Source of the DNA: Octopus sinensis
Taxonomy: Eukaryota
Length of the DNA: 64,000 nt
Assembly (NCBI RefSeq): GCF_006345805.1
Contig: NW_021833416.1
Span: forward strand, 1 to 64,000
Direction of reading: 5' to 3'
Part shown: one piece after another, positions 39,337 through 53,140 of the stretch
Position numbering within the stretch: position 1 is the stretch's first letter
Layout of the letters: every line of letters begins with the position of its first letter
The notes under the pieces: generated by a model
What the model saw: only the letters and a program-made list of their open reading frames with translations
Told to the model about the DNA's origin: nothing
The model's database searches: none
Translations under genes and position numbers: made by a program

Positions 39337-40145
39337 AAGGCGATGAACTGGCAGAAACGTTAGTAAGCCTGACGAAATGCTTAGCAGTATTTCATCTGCC
39401 GTTACGTTCTGAGTTCAAATTCCGCCGAGGTCGAATTGCCTTTTATCCTTTCGGGATCGATTAAACAAGTACCAGTTACGCACTGGGGTCGATATAATCG
39501 AATTAATCCGTTTGTCTGTCCTTGTTTGTCCCTTCTGTGTTGAGCCCCTTGTGGGTAGTAAAGAAATAGGCATTTCGTCTGTCGTAACTTTCAGTGTTCA
39601 AATTTCCGCCGAGGTCGACTTTGCTTTTTATCTTTTCGGGGTCAATAAACTAAGTACTAGTTACGCACTGGGGTCGATGTAATCGACTTAATCCCTTTGT
39701 CTGTCTTTGTTTGTCCCATCTAAATTTAGCTCCTTATGGGCAATAAAGAAATAAGAAACGTTAGCACGCCGAGCGAAATGCTTAGCGCTATTTCGTCTGC
39801 CGTTACATTCAGAGTTCGTATTCCGCTGTCTTTCATCCTTTCGGGCTCAATATATTAAGTGTCAGTTGCGTACTAGGGTCGATCTAATCGGCTGACCCCC
39901 TCTCCAAAAATTTCGGGCCTTGTGCCTAGAGTAGAAAAAGAATCGTTAGCACAATGGACAAGATGCAAGAGACTTAGCGCCATTCTGTCCGTCTTCATGT
40001 TCTGAGTTCAAATTCAGCCCAGGTCGACTCTGTCTTTCACCCTTTTAGTGGTCAATTAAATAAGTACCCGTTGAGTATTACGGCCAATGTATTCGACATA
40101 CACTCTCTCCCGAAGTTGCTGGCATGGTACCAATATTTGAAATCG
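39337..40145 (+). mobile_element. SINE-B multimer or cluster (about four units, both tail types)
   Basis: Units start at about 39337, 39570, 39755 and 39940. Confidence 0.87.
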
Positions 40146-40249
40146 AGATATAACTGAACGAAATATTCAGTAAACTATTTCGGGCTTAACGAAACCTTGT
40201 AGGGAACTTGAAATGTCCGATTCAGACGAAAAATACCTATATTCTAATA

Positions 40250-40573
40250 CAGTGGTTCTCAACCATTTCTTTCACGTAGACTTCTTAAATTCCTGCTTTA
40301 TTCAGATGGTCCCTCATTATCATTCAATGATGTGTATTCGCACGCACTTATTTCCACCTACGTGCGTATGTTTCCCTCCAATTGTCAAATATACTGTCGA
40401 TAAAACTGGCGGATGTATGGCATTTTTATTGTGAATTGTTATTAGGAATTGTGTTAAAAGTTTGTTAAAATAAATATTTTAGAAATATAAGTCTTTTATT
40501 GCATATACATTTTAACCACAAAATCTTAATTTGGTCCTTCAATGTCCGTATGGAGCTTAACTGAGCACCATTG
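40250..40573. mobile_element. Non-autonomous hAT (Charlie/MER5-like) element
   Basis: TIRs CAGTGGTTCTCA / TGAGCACCATTG; 8-bp TSD TTCTAATA / TTATAATA (7 of 8 match). Confidence 0.68.
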
Positions 40574-40649
40574 TTATAATATGTAGAAATATATACAACA
40601 ATATTTATATACAATATTATATATTATATGTCTGCAATACGTGTATAGT

Positions 40650-40735
<86 letters not shown>

Positions 40736-41379
40736 GGAAGAGAAATAGATAGACAGAAAATTACTCAGCTGGGAAAATATATATTATATCGAGAGAGTGA
40801 GACGGAGGACACAGAGGGACAATGTGTATACACGTATACATATGCGTTTGAAAATATATATTATGTATTCACATACGTATGTATATATACATACATACAA
40901 TACACGCACACGCACACAGACACACACACACATATATAGATTTAAATGTGTGTGCGTATAAAGAGAGACAGAGCGAGATTTATATGGAGAAAGAGAAACA
41001 GGCAGATGGAAAATTTGATAGCTGGGAAGAAGGCCAGAGGCAAATAATATCAGAGTGACGTCTTATATATGTCTGAACGATAATGAGACATTTGGAATTA
41101 GCGACCGAGATACAACAAAAATTTATGTTAATATTGGAAGCAAAGGCATCTGATAAAATTCAATTAGTAAAATTACTCTTCTGTTGATTACTGATAAAGT
41201 TCTAGGTCAATAGACCTACATGCATCAACAAACCCTTCTAATACACATTATTATTATTATATACGCAAATATGGACGAAATATGTAATCACAGACAAACA
41301 CACACGCACGTACAGACAACATATTACGTTGTATACGTGGATACATGTGTGTATGTATGGAGAGAGAGAGAGAGAGACA

Positions 41380-41446
41380 AATAGGTAGGTAGGTAGGTAG
41401 GTAGGTAGGTCAGTAGATAGATAGATAGACAGACACACAGACAGGC

Positions 41447-41509
<63 letters not shown>

Positions 41510-41526
41510 GAGATAGATAGATAGAC

Positions 41527-41572
<46 letters not shown>

Positions 41573-41582
41573 GTAGAGTGAG

Positions 41583-41653
<71 letters not shown>

Positions 41654-41670
41654 CACAGATAGATAGAGAA
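41380..41670. repeat. (GATA)n/(GGTA)n tetranucleotide array (similar at about 38090-38155, 45015-45395 and 58290-58378)
   Basis: Directly visible. Confidence 0.95.
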
Positions 41671-41809
41671 GTATATATATATATATGTGTGTGTGTATTC
41701 GTGGTATGTATACAGGCATAGATAAATACTTAAATATATGTATGCAGAAAAGCATATTTCCGTACAGAATGTACGTACACACATGTATGTTTCTGAATGT
41801 ATGCATGTG

Positions 41810-41890
<81 letters not shown>

Positions 41891-42644
41891 ATATATAAGA
41901 GTGTATTTATGTGTGTATGCGTGTGTGTGCATGCTTGTATATGTGTGTGTATGTGTGTATACACATATACTAAATACATATATATATATATATATATATA
42001 TTGCATATTATGATTGTTCATAATAACGCATAGATATACATTTTTATGAAGCAGCTCTCATACCTCTCTTCTGCACACATACACACACACCACACACACA
42101 CACAACACACACACAACACACACAGGGCACATAAGCGCATGCGCATATATATCCATATTTCTATGTGTAATCATGTTCGTAATTATTGCTGAAATTGAAA
42201 TATATATTGTACAAAATAGGTAAATTTGTGTTCTATATTTATTCTGGAGACTATGTGTAATTGTGAATTTCCTATTTTCTGGGATTTTTTTATATTATTA
42301 TTATCTACCAGATATGATGAATTATATTGATTTAGTGAAAAGATTCAAACTAGAAGCAATGAACATTACTGTTATACATAAGTATATATAAACTTAAATA
42401 TATAGTAATATATAAGTGTGCATATGAGCGAGTATTTGCCGGTGTACGTGTGTATATATATATATGTAAATATTAATATATACATATTTATATATACCAA
42501 TATGTGTGTGATGCTGTGTGTGTGTGTGTGTGAGAGTGTATATGTGTGTGTGTGGCCATGTATCCGACTCTCAAAAAACGCTCCACGTTCCGCATGTTTA
42601 TATCATCATCATCATCATCATCATTGTCATCATCATCGTCGTAG

Positions 42645-42776
42645 TCGTCATCATCGTTTAATGTCTGCTCTCCATGTTAGCATGGACGGAATTGTTCGAC
42701 ATGGATCTGTCTAGTCGCCAACTGTTTGTTGTGACATGGTTTCTTACGGCTGGATGCCCTTCCTAACGTCAACCAA
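42645..42776 (-). mobile_element. V-domain-like SINE 3' fragment with (GAT)n tail
   Basis: Minus strand GGTTGACGTTAGGAAGGGCATCCAGCCGTAAGAAA resembles the V-SINE core; a diverged + copy lies at about 20570-20722. Confidence 0.55.
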
Positions 42777-42820
42777 TATATTTTATATTTTTTATATATA
42801 CATATTTTATATATTTTGTA

Positions 42821-42873
<53 letters not shown>

Positions 42874-42928
42874 ATATATATAATATATATATATATACAT
42901 ATATATATATACATATATATATATATTA

Positions 42929-43039
<111 letters not shown>

Positions 43040-43164
43040 GAATGTATGGTGTTTATCTTGCAAAAATATATGTATAAAGTAGTGATCTCCTTCTAAAAAT
43101 GATGAATAAATAATATACAAAGAATTACTTCGACGGGAGTATAGCATTCATAGTTCATATCATC

Positions 43165-43456
43165 GTGATCACCGTGACCGACCAGGCTATCAGATGTTGC
43201 TACACATCGCTGGCCACAATGCGTTTCGCATTGTTTTAGTCTTCAAATGACGCCATCCCGCTGGCAAAGCGAGCAGGCCGACAGAAGAAAGAGTGAGAGA
43301 AAGTTGCGGCGAAAGAGTACAGCAAGGTTCGCCACCGCCCCCTACCGGAGCCTCGCGGAGCTTTAGGTGTTTTCGTTCAATAAACACTCACAACGCCCGG
43401 TGCGGGAATCGAAACCGTGATCCTACGATCGCGAGTCCGCTGCCCTAACCACTGGA
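43165..43456 (-). mobile_element. tRNA(Arg-like)-derived SINE family D
   Basis: Minus strand CAGTGGTTAGGGCAGCGGACTCGCGATCGTAGGATCACGGTTTCGATTCC (boxes A and B); second copy at 57320-57506. Confidence 0.85.
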
Positions 43457-45019
43457 CCTCTAAAGCATGAACCAAATTGTTCATGAACGCAGAACTAACA
43501 ACACATGCCCATTTATCCGGCTCTCAAAACATGCTCCACGTACCGCATGTTTATATCATCATCATTATCATCATCATCATCATCATCATCATCGTAGTCG
43601 TCATCATCGTTTAACGTCTGCTTTCCATGTTGGCATGGAATAGATTGTTTGACAATAAAAGTGTTCCCCAGTTTATGTTTAGGAAAGAGGATATAAAGTT
43701 GCTCATCCGTACAGAGAGGACAGAATGATTTCCCTTTGTCACAGGGGAATGATCTATATAAAAATTTTCCAATCTAAAGAAAAAGGTTTGTTAGAGTATT
43801 TAAGGTGTCAAATTTCGCCAACCGACATTTCAAATCTGTAGAAGATAATCCAATATAAATCCAGTTATATTGGATTATCTTCTACGGATTTAAAATCACA
43901 ATGATACCTGAATAGTTACGAGATTTGATTAATAAATGGGACCTTCCAAGATATAAATAACTGCATGGCATTTTGGGTAAACATTTTACCGTAGCATTCC
44001 ACTGGTCTAAGGCTTGCAAGTAAAATTCGTCTTTCTTACAATAATATCACGCTGACTCTGCCTGAAGATCGCGTAAAAAGCACTGCATTGCAGGATAATC
44101 AGCCACATATAACTTAACGCGCAAGTAGAGAAGGTTTCGAAGATCTGAGATAAAGACACAGCTAATGTTTTTTGTGTAATCATATCGTTGTGTGTAAATG
44201 TATGCTGCCTAAGCATACACACAGGTATACATATATATATATTCGTGTTTATATATGTGTGCATATAGGTTCCATTGCGATACGTTAATATAAAATAAAA
44301 TGTTGGGAACCTTCCAAGAGTTGGCAAGACATTCGCATTGTTTGCTACAAATGTGTTATAAAATTGTACGATTGTGGTGCAATCATTTTGCAAATAAATA
44401 CACGAAGAAGAAGAAGGCTCTGGTTGGATGGATGGATGAATGGCAGACGATACAAGTGGGAACAGAATTGATAGGATGCATTTGAGAGAAAAAAATGACA
44501 GGAGATGTGGAAAAGGGAAGGAAATTTGAATGAATTATTATTACAGACGTAGGAAAAGTAAAAGTATATACAACTGGTTTCAAATGGGAGAAACTTGTAA
44601 CAAGAAAGACAATGAATTATAAACGTAGGAAAAGAGATTCACCGCTGTAATGAAATTGAATAAAATTATAGAAACAAAAAGAAACACTGGTAAGTTGTGA
44701 AAGATGGGAAAGGATTACTTTTCTTTTTAATTTATTATTCGGAAAATATGTATGAAACAGAAAGAAAACAGTCTGACAGGAAAGAAAAACTGTAAGAGGA
44801 AGAGAGGCAGACACACGGACTGACATGCAGGCAGGCAGAAAGTAAATATAGACGGATGGATAGATGGAAAGATAATAAAAATGAAAGATAGACAGAAAGA
44901 GTGAGAGTAAAGAGAAATAAAAACAAGATATATACGGATGCGTACATAAACAGAGAAATAAATAGAGATAGAGGAGGACGTGCGAATAGATGGATGGACA
45001 AACAGACATAGAAAGATAA

Positions 45020-45078
<59 letters not shown>

Positions 45079-45117
45079 TATAGATAGGTAGATGGATGGA
45101 TAGATAGATAGATAGAC

Positions 45118-45151
<34 letters not shown>

Positions 45152-45198
45152 ATAGATAGACAGATATATATATATATATATATTTATAGATAGAAGAG

Positions 45199-45246
<48 letters not shown>

Positions 45247-45293
45247 TGACAGACAGACAGACAGACAGATAGATAGATAGATATATAGATAGA

Positions 45294-45330
<37 letters not shown>

Positions 45331-45334
45331 TGAC

Positions 45335-45394
<60 letters not shown>

Positions 45395-46129
45395 GGATAA
45401 CCATCAACAGACAGCTTAAAATGTCATTCCAAATAACAGTTCAGTTCATTTGCCAAACGTCTGTAAGGTTTTTCTCCTCCTCTTTTTTGGCAGCAAAGTC
45501 AACAGGCAGACGACGGTACACCCAACTGGAAACAGATGTTGTGTAGCCGCCATTGCTTACGCATTCTTATTTATTTATCTCTTGTTGGGAAAGTTAATTC
45601 CCTTTCCATCCTTCACCTCTTCCCGCTTCTTGTTGGAAGAATCAGTCGGGGAGCTAAGATTGATATTTCTTCGCTTAGCATGTGTTTGTTTGTGGTTCAA
45701 ATATTGGTTCTGTTGAATATTTCAATGTTGTGAAACCAATGCTATGGTTTATAAGAGCGGTCCTCGGGGGGTTCGACGAAATTTATGCTGGTGACAAAAG
45801 AGAATGCGAATGCTAGTCTCAAAATGAAAACAAAAAATTGATCTGGTTTTGGTGGTCCCAACACATTTGAAATGCTGAAGGTGATGGAGATAAGATAAAG
45901 GGTAAGAGATTGTCTTTTTGGAAAATATGTCACACACGTTATTCTATAGAATGAATAAGATTTGTGTGTATGGAGAAAATCAATGAAAGGAACGGTGGTA
46001 ATAAGAGCTATAGCAGAGTTTACAGTTTGTGTGTTCTGGTACAGAGATTATTAGGGGCAAAAGAAAAGAAAAAAAAAGGGGACAAATACAGTGATTTTTA
46101 TTATCGCTAATATCACAACTCACATATAG

Positions 46130-46330
46130 ATGGCAAGCTGAATCGTTGGCACGCCGGGAAAGATGCTTAGCAGTATTTCGTCCGTCTTTCCGTACCGAGT
46201 TCAAATTCCGCAGAGGTCGATTTTACTATTCGGAGTCGATAAAGTAAGTACCAGTTTTGTACTTGGGTCGATGTAATCGACTTACCCCTCCCCAAAATTA
46301 CTGGTCTTGTGCCAAAATGTGAAACCAATA
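46130..46330 (+). mobile_element. SINE family B, alternative tail
   Basis: Head and core plus CCCCTCCCCAAAATTACTGGTCTTGTGCC. Confidence 0.82.
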
Positions 46331-46390
46331 TCTCTACTTAATGGGGTAACTTCATTGAACCGTGAAGATCCGAGCATTCTGCAAGGTTTC

Positions 46391-46747
46391 TGTACATTAT
46401 TTACATTATTTACATTTGACGGATATTTGTCCTCATCTTGTTTGTTGTTAACACAAAGTTTCCAGCCTTCATCAAGTGTCTTGAGGAAATTTCGAACCTG
46501 GGTTCTCATGCCTAAGGTATTTTTCGATGTTGTCGTTATTATTATTATTATTATTATTATATTTTTATTTTTTTATTTTTATTATTATTATTATTATTAT
46601 TATTCAGGTCACTGCTTGGAATCGAACTCGTAATCTTAGGGTTGGTAGCCCGCGCTCTTAACCGCTACGCCATATGAGGACAAATATCCGTCAAATGTAA
46701 ATAATGTAAATAATGTACATTATTCCTCATCTTTTGAATATAGAACT
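46391..46747 (-). mobile_element. tRNA-headed element with hammerhead remnant and Penelope-type inverted terminus, copy 1
   Basis: Minus strand: TGGCGTAGCGG..GAGTTCGATTCC head (46676-46604), (AAT)n, deleted hammerhead TTGATGAAGGCTGGAAAC; perfect 46-bp inverted repeat 46391-46436 / 46674-46719 plus a ~28-nt extension. Confidence 0.85.
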
Positions 46748-47434
46748 GGAATATTTGTGTAGTTTGAGTAATACCTGGAATCCCAGCAAACTGGTGATGC
46801 GGAATGAGATGACTGGCCGCTGAAAATTTAATCAGATGACTGGATATTTTGGTGACAGCATATTTTAGAACTAGAGGCAAACACACGCATGTGGGTAGAA
46901 ATAAATGCATACAGATACGAAGAGTTAGAGCGTGAGAAGTGGAGAGAGACATTACACTTTACTTCTCCTCATAAACATAGAGTCAAATATACTCCTTCAC
47001 ATAATGAGGAATGGAAGAGAATGACTACGATAGAAGCATTAAAACGACTGGAACGTTAAAAGAAGAAAAACAGTAAAACGTCAGAGATCAAATGCATCAG
47101 CGTCAAATCACAGACGACGAAAAGGCGGAGCCAAAACGACTGTGCCAAAACACCTCAAGCCCTGGTGATAATTATGCCCCAACAAAAATTAGCCCACCAA
47201 TTCATTATTAATTTCATAGAGTTCTTTATAGGGGTAGTTTTGGACTGGGGTACTCGATTGCTGTTTTGGAGCTATTCTTTGCCTTTCTACTGAAGTCACG
47301 ACGGACCATCGAAAGAATTAGGCACTGAAGTCCAGCTTATAAATTTGCCCGTCACTCGACCCGAATAAACGCGGAAAGTGTCTCCGGAATGCTGATTATA
47401 TCTGCTCAGAATCCAGTTGGCATATAAGTTATGA

Positions 47435-47657
47435 TTTTAAAAATATTCAGACAAATACGTAACAAAGACACCAGGACTTACTAACACATATAATATACAG
47501 AAAATTGCACTACTAGGCACTGCACACACCCTACGCAGAACACCTTAATACAGTAACCATCAGAGCATCACAACAAATCACAGCACATACCCAAGGCACA
47601 CAGAGCTGCGCTCGGTAGTGAAGTGAAAGCACGCTATAAAAATAAAACTACTGAATG

Positions 47658-47660
<3 letters not shown>
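47435..47660 (+). mobile_element. R4/Dong family 3 3' end, second copy, followed by (TAA)n
   Basis: IQKIALLGTAHTLRRT plus a 3' UTR that is the reverse of 26012-26230. Confidence 0.88.
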
Positions 47661-47723
<63 letters not shown>

Positions 47724-47724
47724 G

Positions 47725-48124
47725 ACTTTAACCAGTTGAGCATGTCCCTTAGTGGCTGACGATATGTGCATCTCTGATCACGAGCAGAAGTAGTGGGGGA
47801 GCATCATAGCCATGTGTTGAGAGGGATTCTTTGGGGTTTGTTTGAATAATTCACCTCTGGAAACATGGGTGTTTCGTTCAACATCCTTAAACAACCCTTA
47901 TTCAGAGACCTTTCGAGTGGGATGGGTTACTCGATCTAAAGAAAATTCTAACTGGGCTCCACCTGCAAGGTCATGTGCTGTTTATCTTGATATGAGATCA
48001 CCATGTCGCGCACATATGGTTGTGATGCATGTGCCTGGTGTACCTTTATCAGACGGGTAGTCATGATGGGTATATTGGGCTTCGTATATTTTACCCCAGT
48101 GTCACTTTGATGGCATGAACTGCT
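47725..48124 (+). mobile_element. 5'-truncated copy 3 of the 555-bp (TAA)n-embedded element
   Basis: Matches 19165-19555; flanked by (TAA)n on both sides. Confidence 0.85.
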
Positions 48125-48142
48125 ATAATAATAATAATAATA

Positions 48143-48188
<46 letters not shown>

Positions 48189-48218
48189 GAAATAGTAATA
48201 GTAATAATGATAATAATA

Positions 48219-48249
<31 letters not shown>

Positions 48250-48287
48250 TAATAATAATAATAATAATAATAATAGTAGTAGTAGTA

Positions 48288-48323
<36 letters not shown>

Positions 48324-49491
48324 TGATGACATAAATATTTCAGGTGTAATGGAATGAGAGTTCATGCTGACTTCGCGGATGAAATGAAATCACTTCACTC
48401 TTATGAGGGTAGAGTTAACGTGATATGGGGTGAAATCTTTTCGACTGAACTGATTCTCCCCCCACCCTTTTCATCCTTCCGGTAATCGATAAAAAAATAA
48501 AGTATCAGTGAGTAGAAAATATCGATTCAATCAAGATAGTGTACACGTTCCCCGTCCTTCACATAAGATCTCATAAAAGGAGAATTTTGTGGCCTTGTGC
48601 CAAAGCTGTAAATCATTATTACTTCATCTTGAATACGTAGAGGAGAAAAGACGAAAACAAACGCACAAAATAAATAAACACAATTAAGAAAAGGAAATAG
48701 AAACGATGAATGAATAAAAGAGAAGGCAGAGAGAGAGAGAGTACTCGAGGCAAAGGGAGCTTGATACATTGGGAAGTCATACGAGTAGCATCTCTTGTTT
48801 TTAGTTGTGTTACCATTATCTGCTTATATATCTGTGTAACTGAAACATCTAGCATGGTATAATTAGACATTTTCTACCATCTAACAGATGAATTATCTGC
48901 AGCTGTACTAATGTCAAATGCGTTCTCGTTTCGGCTGCCAAAATTTTTTCCACCATTTTGTTGTTCTTCAGCTTTTCAAGCAAGCATACATACATACATA
49001 CATACGTATATATACGTCCATAAATGCATACGTACGCACTTATAATATACATGCGCTAGTGCATGCGTTCTCACATACATGCACACACTGAGAGACAGCC
49101 AGACAGACAGGCAAACAGACAGACAGACAGACAGACATACAAGGAGGAAGACAAACAGACAGATATTGAAAGTCGTACGTTGGTATATAGAACAAAGCAG
49201 GTATCATTCTAGTTGTTTATGTACACATGAATTTCTTATATATATTATATAGAATTCTCCACGATTCATGCTTTGTTTATAAATCTTTCTTTCTCCTTCA
49301 ATCTTTCCCGATATATATATATGTATATATATGTGTGTGTGTGTATACGTATGTGTGTATATGTCTGTGTATGCATATATTTCCCTTCTTTCCTGAGCGT
49401 CAAATAATACTTTATTTGTTCCACGTCCTCGCGTTGCTGTTTTTTTTTTGTTTTTTGTGTTTTTTTCTGTTTTCTTGATTATAGATATAAC

Positions 49492-49532
<41 letters not shown>

Positions 49533-49545
49533 GGTATATATATAT

Positions 49546-49618
<73 letters not shown>

Positions 49619-50052
49619 TGTATGTATGTATGTATGTATGTGTGTATGTGTGCGCGAAAGACTTAGATAAAGTTGAAGCAGCAAGTCAGTCCGGTATTAT
49701 CTGCACAGCTCGAAGTAATTGAATAAAATCAAAATAAGCAACAGGATATCAAGTGATGCAGTACGACCGTTTCAAGCGGTTCCATTTAATTGAACAATGC
49801 AACCATTATCTCAATTAAATGCAGTGCCATATATATATATATATATATATAGATAGATATATATATATTATATATATATATATATTATATATACGCACAC
49901 ATACATAACAGCAGCTGTTTGAATAATTACCTGTTTTATAAGTAAAAAGATTAACTACTTATACAAGTACAAAAAAGTTCTTCAATGCGGTGCCCCAGCA
50001 TGACCGAAGTGCAATGAGTGAAGCCAGTAAAAAAATAAAAGTGATATACATA

Positions 50053-50460
50053 TAGGCGCAGGAGTGGCTACGTGGTAAGTAGCTTGCTTACCAACCACAT
50101 GGTTTCAAACCCACTGCGTGGCACCTTAGGGCGAGGGTCTTCTACTAGAGCCTCCGGCCGATCAAAGCCTTGTCAGTGGAATTGGTAGACAGAAACTGAA
50201 AAAGCCTGTCGTATATGCATATATATATATATATATAATATATATGTGTGTGTGTGTGTCTATGTCCCCCACCACCATCACTTGGCAACCGATGTTGGTG
50301 TATTTATGGCTTCCGTAACTTAGGGGTTCGGCAAAAGTACAGATTGAACAAGTATTAGGTTTACAAAGAATACGTCCTGGGGTCAGTTTGTTCGCCTAAA
50401 GGCGGTGCTCCATTATGGCCGCAGTGAAATGACTGAAACAAATATACGAATAAGAGAATA
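50053..50460 (+). mobile_element. SINE family A
   Basis: AGGCGCAGGAGTGGCTACGTGG...ATGACTGAAACA. Confidence 0.88.
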
Positions 50461-51554
50461 AAAGAATATATATGTGTGTGTTTGTGTTTGTGTGTGTATG
50501 TGTGAATATGTGTGTATGTTTGTACGTGTGCGTATTTACCTTTCTCGATTTCTTGCGTTTGTTAGTAGTCATGTGGTATTTATAATAGAAATCTTTAAAC
50601 ATATGTATACATCTGTATATTTGTGTAAGAGCAGTGTCTTTTCTTTTCACTGTTATTCACTATAGATTAATATGCATCCATATATTCCTGCAATGTGTAG
50701 ATGTGTGCGTGTATATATGTGTGTAATATCTGTACATAAGAGACAGGAAGGTGATACCTTCAACCAGATGGTGAACAGATATACGTTACGTATTTGTCTG
50801 TCTGTTCACATGCGTGTGTTTCTGTGCAAAAATTTACCCGTGTGTTTTCGTGAATGTAAGTTTTAGGGGCTGAATGTATGTGTTCGTATATGATGAGAGC
50901 CTGTGTGTATATGATCCTCTGTGCGTGTGTGTATATGATCCTCTGTGCGTGTGTGAGTAGCGTTTGTAAATATATGTGCGTGTGTCGTATATATTGGTGT
51001 TTATGTAAAGCAGCTTGCAATTGCAAAGAGACTCGACGCAGCAGGAAAACTGGTACAAGCGCTGTTGATTCGCTGATTACTATTCTTCCCTAGGCTATCA
51101 CCTCACAACACACCAATACAGTTTAAATAATACAGTCACACAGAACAACTTACACAGCTTTCTTCACCTATCTGCAGGCAAAACACGTTTTGTCTTCCCA
51201 AGTGTTTCATGCTGTCCAAATTTTCCAAACTTGTGACATAAACTCTGAAGATATTTTTTTCTTTAATATTTTTTTATGTACTTTTCTAAACTTACTTTAG
51301 GTTTCTTTTGTCAGATTCTGTTTAAACAAGTAGGTTTAACCCTCGATCAATACTCTCCGAGCAAAATTATGATCAAAGTTGGTCTAACTGAGATTATCTG
51401 CTTTTTATTTTTAGTTTTCTTGTATTTGTCTTTAACTCTAAGGACATTCTCTGATATGGCCTTTCTTGCAAATGATATCAATGCGTAAATTGAGGAATAT
51501 TTCACTGCTATTTCTAGTCGATTAGGCAAACATCTAGGTTTTCTTCCTCTACCA

Positions 51555-52110
51555 TTTGTCTCTCTCTCTCTCTCTCTTCTCTCTTTCTCTATCTCTCTCT
51601 CTTTTTCTGTTTATCTCTTCCTTCTGTCTCTCTTATATCTCTCTTTCGCACTCTCTCCCTCCTTCTATTATCTCTTTTTCTCTCTCTCTCTCTCTCTCTT
51701 CTCGCTCTGTCTGTCCGCCTGTCTCTCTTCTTGTTCATTTCCTCTTTCTATCTCTCTTTATCTCTTCCTTCTGTCTTCTCTATCCGTCTTCCCCTCTCTC
51801 TCTATCTCTCTCTCTCTATCTCACACACCCGCTCTCTTTATCTTCTCCTGTCTTCTCTATCCGTCTTCCCCTCTCTCTCTATCTCACATACGCTCTCTGT
51901 TTATCACCTCTTTCTAACTTCTCTATCCGTCTTCCTCCCTCTCTCTCTCTCTCTCTCTATCTCACGCACTCTCTCTGACTGTTTATCTTCTCTTCCGTCT
52001 CTCTTCTGTCTTTCTTTCTATTTCCCTTCCTCTTTCACATTTTCCTTTTCCGCTCTCTTTCTCACTTTCTCTCTTTCCTTCCCCCCCATTCTCTCACTCT
52101 CTCAATCTCC
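51555..52110. repeat. ~550-bp polypyrimidine/(CT)n tract with internal repeats
   Basis: TTCTCTATCCGTCTTCC recurs at about 51776, 51853 and 51919. Confidence 0.9.
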
Positions 52111-52623
52111 TTCCTCACCATTATTTATTTATCTATCATTGACTCCGACCGAGAATAATTATATATAAATAACCTTGACGCTCTCTTGTGAAAACTTCGT
52201 TACCCTTAACGTTCTAAAGAAGTGGTCGATGGCAAAATCGATAGAGCGCTGAAAAAGAATAATTGTATCCCTTTCGATCATGAGGTCTAATCTTACAGAA
52301 CACCAATTTTCATCTCATTCTCTCATGGCCTATACTATACATATATTGGAGTCGGTTAAAAAGTGTGCAAGTAAAGCTTCGTGGTAAAAGACTCTACTTT
52401 GCAAATTCGTAATTTCCATTTCAGGCCCAATGTGCAGAATATTTCTTCTGCAGTAACCCGATTGGGACCAAAATAAACAGAGCGTAATTTGGTAAACGGA
52501 CGCTTCCTGCTTTCTAGTAGTAGAATTAAGCTATCGTTCGGTTTAACACCTCCACCTACCAAATGGATGGCTTTAATGGCGTCCACTCTGATTTAAACAT
52601 TTCTGGTCTGAACATGAATTTCT

Positions 52624-52662
52624 ACTTCCTGCTTCCGGTCTCGAAAACCCGGAAGTGAGTCA
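52624..52662. promoter_or_regulatory. Candidate ETS x3 plus AP-1 composite element
   Basis: ACTTCCTG, CTTCCGG and CCGGAAGT overlapping TGAGTCA within 39 bp; motif match only. Confidence 0.35.
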
Positions 52663-52731
52663 TGAATACTGCTTTATTTTTCTTTGATCAAGTTATAAAA
52701 AGGGGGACAGCATTTACTAATATTTACTATG

Positions 52732-53140
52732 TAGGCGCAGGAGTGGCTGTGTGGTAAAGTAGCTTGCTTACAAACCACATGGTTCTGGGTTCAGTCCCAC
52801 TGTGTGGCACCTTGGGCAAGTGTCTTCTACTATAGCCTCGGGCCGACCAAAGCCTTGTGAGTGGATTTGGTAGACGGAAACTGAAAGAAGCCCGTCGTAC
52901 ATATATATATATATGAGTGTGTGTGTGTTGTGTGTGTGTGTGTGTGTTTGTTCCCCCAACATCGCTGGACAACCGGTGCTGGTGTGTTTACGTCCCCCGT
53001 AACTTAACGGTTCGGCAAAAGAGAGACCGATAAAATAAGTACGAGGCTTACAAAGAATAAGTCCTGGGGTCGACTTGCTCGACTAAAGGCGGTGCTCCAG
53101 CATGGCCGCAGTCAAATGACTGAAACAAGTAAAAGAGTAT
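52732..53140 (+). mobile_element. SINE family A, full length
   Basis: Complete head, body and tail. Confidence 0.92.

Noticed and set aside
49755-49800. Minus-strand GAAACGGTCGTA half hammerhead
   Set aside because: The CUGANGA half is missing (truncated at a (TA)n tract).
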